Below, in pieces: positions 60,972-64,000 of a DNA stretch of 64,000 nucleotides (position 1 is the first letter of the stretch; every line of letters starts with the position of its first letter). Position numbers and translations under genes: made by a program. The DNA lies in NCBI GenBank assembly GCA_051362555.1, contig CM120645.1, positions 16,492,001 to 16,556,000 on the forward strand. The letters run 5' to 3'. The notes below the pieces were generated by a model, which was not told the origin of the DNA, made no database searches, and was given only the letters and a program-made list of their open reading frames with translations. This DNA comes from Lingula anatina (lineage: Eukaryota > Animalia > Brachiopoda).

Positions 60972-63900
60972 CTGGAAAGAGTAAGTGAGTGGTATATCTG
61001 TTCATAAGTTAACTCACTTATTTCATACAAATGAAATTTAATCAAATTATTTTCTCCATATCAAAATGTCTTCATAAGTTAACTCTGGTTATTTCATCCA
61101 ATTGTCTAATGAGAGTTAAAAATGCCTGATTTTCTCCACGTCTCCCAGAAATATAGATAAATAAATAGGCCTTAGTAAAGAATAAACATTTCATGCTGGT
61201 GGATTATAGATTTGCAGTCAACACATACACACAAACATAAAAATTGGGGAGAATAAGGTGACGTCTTCGCAAAACTTTTTTTGCAAACTTGTAGAGTCAA
61301 ACTGGCACGGCAAGGGCAGCAGATTAAAAAAAACCTATAAATTTTAAGTCACATGTTAACAAGTCTAGCCATCCATGGACGTCATTCCAGTCAATGACCA
61401 GTGTTTGGTCAATAAGATTATTTCCTGTTAAATGGGTATGGATTTGGAGATAGACACTCTCTTGTGTTAATGAACATAAATTGAATTTGTTAGTCTAAAT
61501 TAAGATTAAAATTGTTTTGACTCTTGGCATGGCATAGAGTTTTAAGACGCAGCACTCTTTGAAATTATTGTTTACTCTTTTTTGGCATGGCAATGTGATT
61601 TAAGAACTATATTGTCTATTTATTATCATCCTTCTAAAATTACATAGTCAAGACATGGCTCATCTAATAAATGTTTTGCTCCTCTCTTTCCCTCCATCAC
61701 TTTATTATGAAAAGTGTCTAAAAAGATCTGTCGCTGTGATGTATAAGACAAGAGCTATTTTCCTGATTCCCTTTGTGGCCACACAAAGGTTGTACTTCAC
61801 GCTCTATGTTTTAAGTCATCTGCTGGAGTGAGTGACCGAGGCTTGACAGATAGCATAGAGGATCAAAAATACTGTACTGGTGTGACCTATTCACCTGGCT
61901 TGAGAAATATTTCTGTGTCATCCAACTGGATAAACAGCTTCCTGTTTAAACACTGAGCCAAAAGTCACTTTGGGCCAAGTACTAATTATTGCATGGTATC
62001 ATAACTGCATGGTATCATCTCCAGGCTGGTGACTATAATAACACTTAATACAAGATAACATTTGCAACCAAACTAATTGCATAAAAATTGATTGAAACAG
62101 GGTTACTGAGTAATCTTCAGAGATCGCAGGAATTAACAGCAAGCATATTAGAATAATGATTGGTTTTTAAGTCTGATTAAAGGAACCGTGTATAGTAGGT
62201 GGCCAAAAAGGACACCTTTTTAATGCTGTGCTTATTTAAAACTGAGTAGATAATAAAATTACTTGTAAACGATCAGTCCCAAAATCTTCACCTGCAGCAA
62301 GGCGATTTTTTACCACTGCAGTAATTTTAGTAGTTAAAAAAGCATTTGGGAGAAAACCTTTTAATTGCTTCATTTATCCTTGATTAAAAATGCGATCTAG
62401 GTTCTTAGTAAATTTTATTAAGTATAACATACCCAATAAACAAAATACTGAATAAAAATGATAGATAAAATGTTTAGGTTAAGTATTGCAGATTAAAGCA
62501 TAGGAACACCTGCTTTCTGAACTCTCAAAGGTTATAATTAATCCTTTTTCCTCAGATCCCTCATATATTGTATTGATATGCTGTGTGTACTGCCTGACTT
62601 CAAAGCTATTTTAAGAACTCAAGCAGCCAAGTCAGACTTGCTATTACTGGTACAAAAAATGAAATATATCCTGGCTGAAGGCCACTTGGTGAAGTATGTA
62701 CTCTTCCTGACATACAGGACATCATAGTATCACACCACTGACCACATGTGAGACCAGATGAAGGATGGAAATAAATTGTAAGTATAATAGAAATCACTCT
62801 GATACTGTCCATGCAAACGATGGGCAACCACTCTCTAGCATATGATAATATTCTGAGAGTTATGACTGGTAAAACGTGGTATATTGGTGTAAGTTGGTCA
62901 CTTATTATTGGTGCCCCGCATGTGTTAAGCAATTGTCCAGGTGGAGAACCATTCATGAGGGACGTTGACACTTGTGTCCCTACATAGCTTTTGCACTAAT
63001 AGTATGGACCAAGTTTGCACTTTTATGTATGTATGTATGGATGACAAAATTTCATAAATTCAAGTGAATAATGTCATATATCAGCGGACAAAAGGACAAA
63101 ATTGAATACACCTTTATTTTTCATTTGTATATTTAATCATTTATTTATTATTTGAGACTTAAAACCTCCCAGCGTAAGGGAAATATACAGTGCTCAGCAC
63201 TTTTAGTAGGGGAACACTTTTTTTGTATATTTTCATTGTACTACTCAGGCCCATTGGCAGCAGGGGCTTCTCTTGGCCAAGAAATTCTGCAATGAATCTT
63301 AATCTGATCTAGGTTCTAGAATAGGTATTGTATTAAAAATGCCCACTTTTTCAGAATAAGAACTTCAATTTCAAATTGATGGCTACAGCTCATAATATTG
63401 CTACTCGGTACCTTTTATACATATGCAAGTTTGACTTTTACTAAAAGGTGTGTCATCTAAAGGTTCAAGTCAATTATTGCAAGTGCAATGGCAAGGAAAT
63501 ATGATCTGAATATCATAATTATAATACTGACTTCACTAAAATGGGTGATACATATGTACAAAATTTCAAATAAATGATAATTTTCTCTTTGCACTTGAAA
63601 TGTGCATGGTAGCTATTCGTCTGTTTTAAATAAATAGTAATCCACAGTAAGAACATCAGCTTAATAAACTATCTGCAAAGTCTGTTAAGGTTCATCCCCA
63701 GGATCATTATCAATTACTGAAAAGCCTCTACATTCAGGAATGGGAGACAGAGAGCCTTGTCCCTCTCCCTTATCTGGTTTACTCAAAACAGACGTACGTG
63801 TCTGCACGTAATCCTCTCATATTTCATGACATAAACTCACAGAAACCACCATCTAGAAAGGCACTGTTCACACCCTCATTGGACTTTTATTGATCTGTGT

Positions 63901-64000
63901 TTTTGAAGGCTAATTTTGCTGCCAGGATATTGCAACTTACCATAATTCACATGATAGCCCAGCACCCCACCCAACTATGAGTTATTTTTTCAAGAATTCC

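Noticed and set aside
62606-62971. 121-aa minus-strand ORF
   Set aside because: No EGF/FAS1 similarity or good splice sites. At most a faint resemblance to a decayed Tc1 C-terminus, too weak to call.
63835-63880. GTGAGT donor as the next upstream stabilin exon
   Set aside because: The preceding sequence does not encode the expected EGF half in the required phase 0.

Overview
AT-rich, intron-containing animal DNA, most likely a mollusc or other lophotrochozoan (inferred from the repeat types and gene content). I spliced seven protein genes by hand using GT-AG sites and intron phase. (1) The 5' part of a bacterial-dynamin-like (BDLP/mitofusin-type) GTPase gene on the minus strand, running off the left edge and largely missed by the ORF track. 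(2) Its divergently transcribed paralog, a 10-exon, ~1019-aa gene fusing an N-terminal HeH/SAP-like module, an intact dynamin-like GTPase, a hydrophobic hairpin and a protein kinase (DSTYK-like layout). (3) EIF2AK1/HRI. (4) A 13-exon PRMT6. (5) TMEM209. (6) LSM3. (7) The 3' part of a stabilin-like FAS1/EGF receptor. Six of these form three head-to-head pairs. Repeats include a decayed Tc1 element abutting the kinase stop codon, hAT-like MITEs with 5-bp TSDs, Harbinger-, Kolobok- and TA-TSD MITEs, and two Helentron-associated (HINE/DINE-1-like) elements. The lead candidate for an undescribed system is the head-to-head pair of dynamin-like GTPases, which share a small promoter region carrying tandem STAT-like sites; at least one partner is coupled to a kinase. 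All models are manual and lack transcript support.
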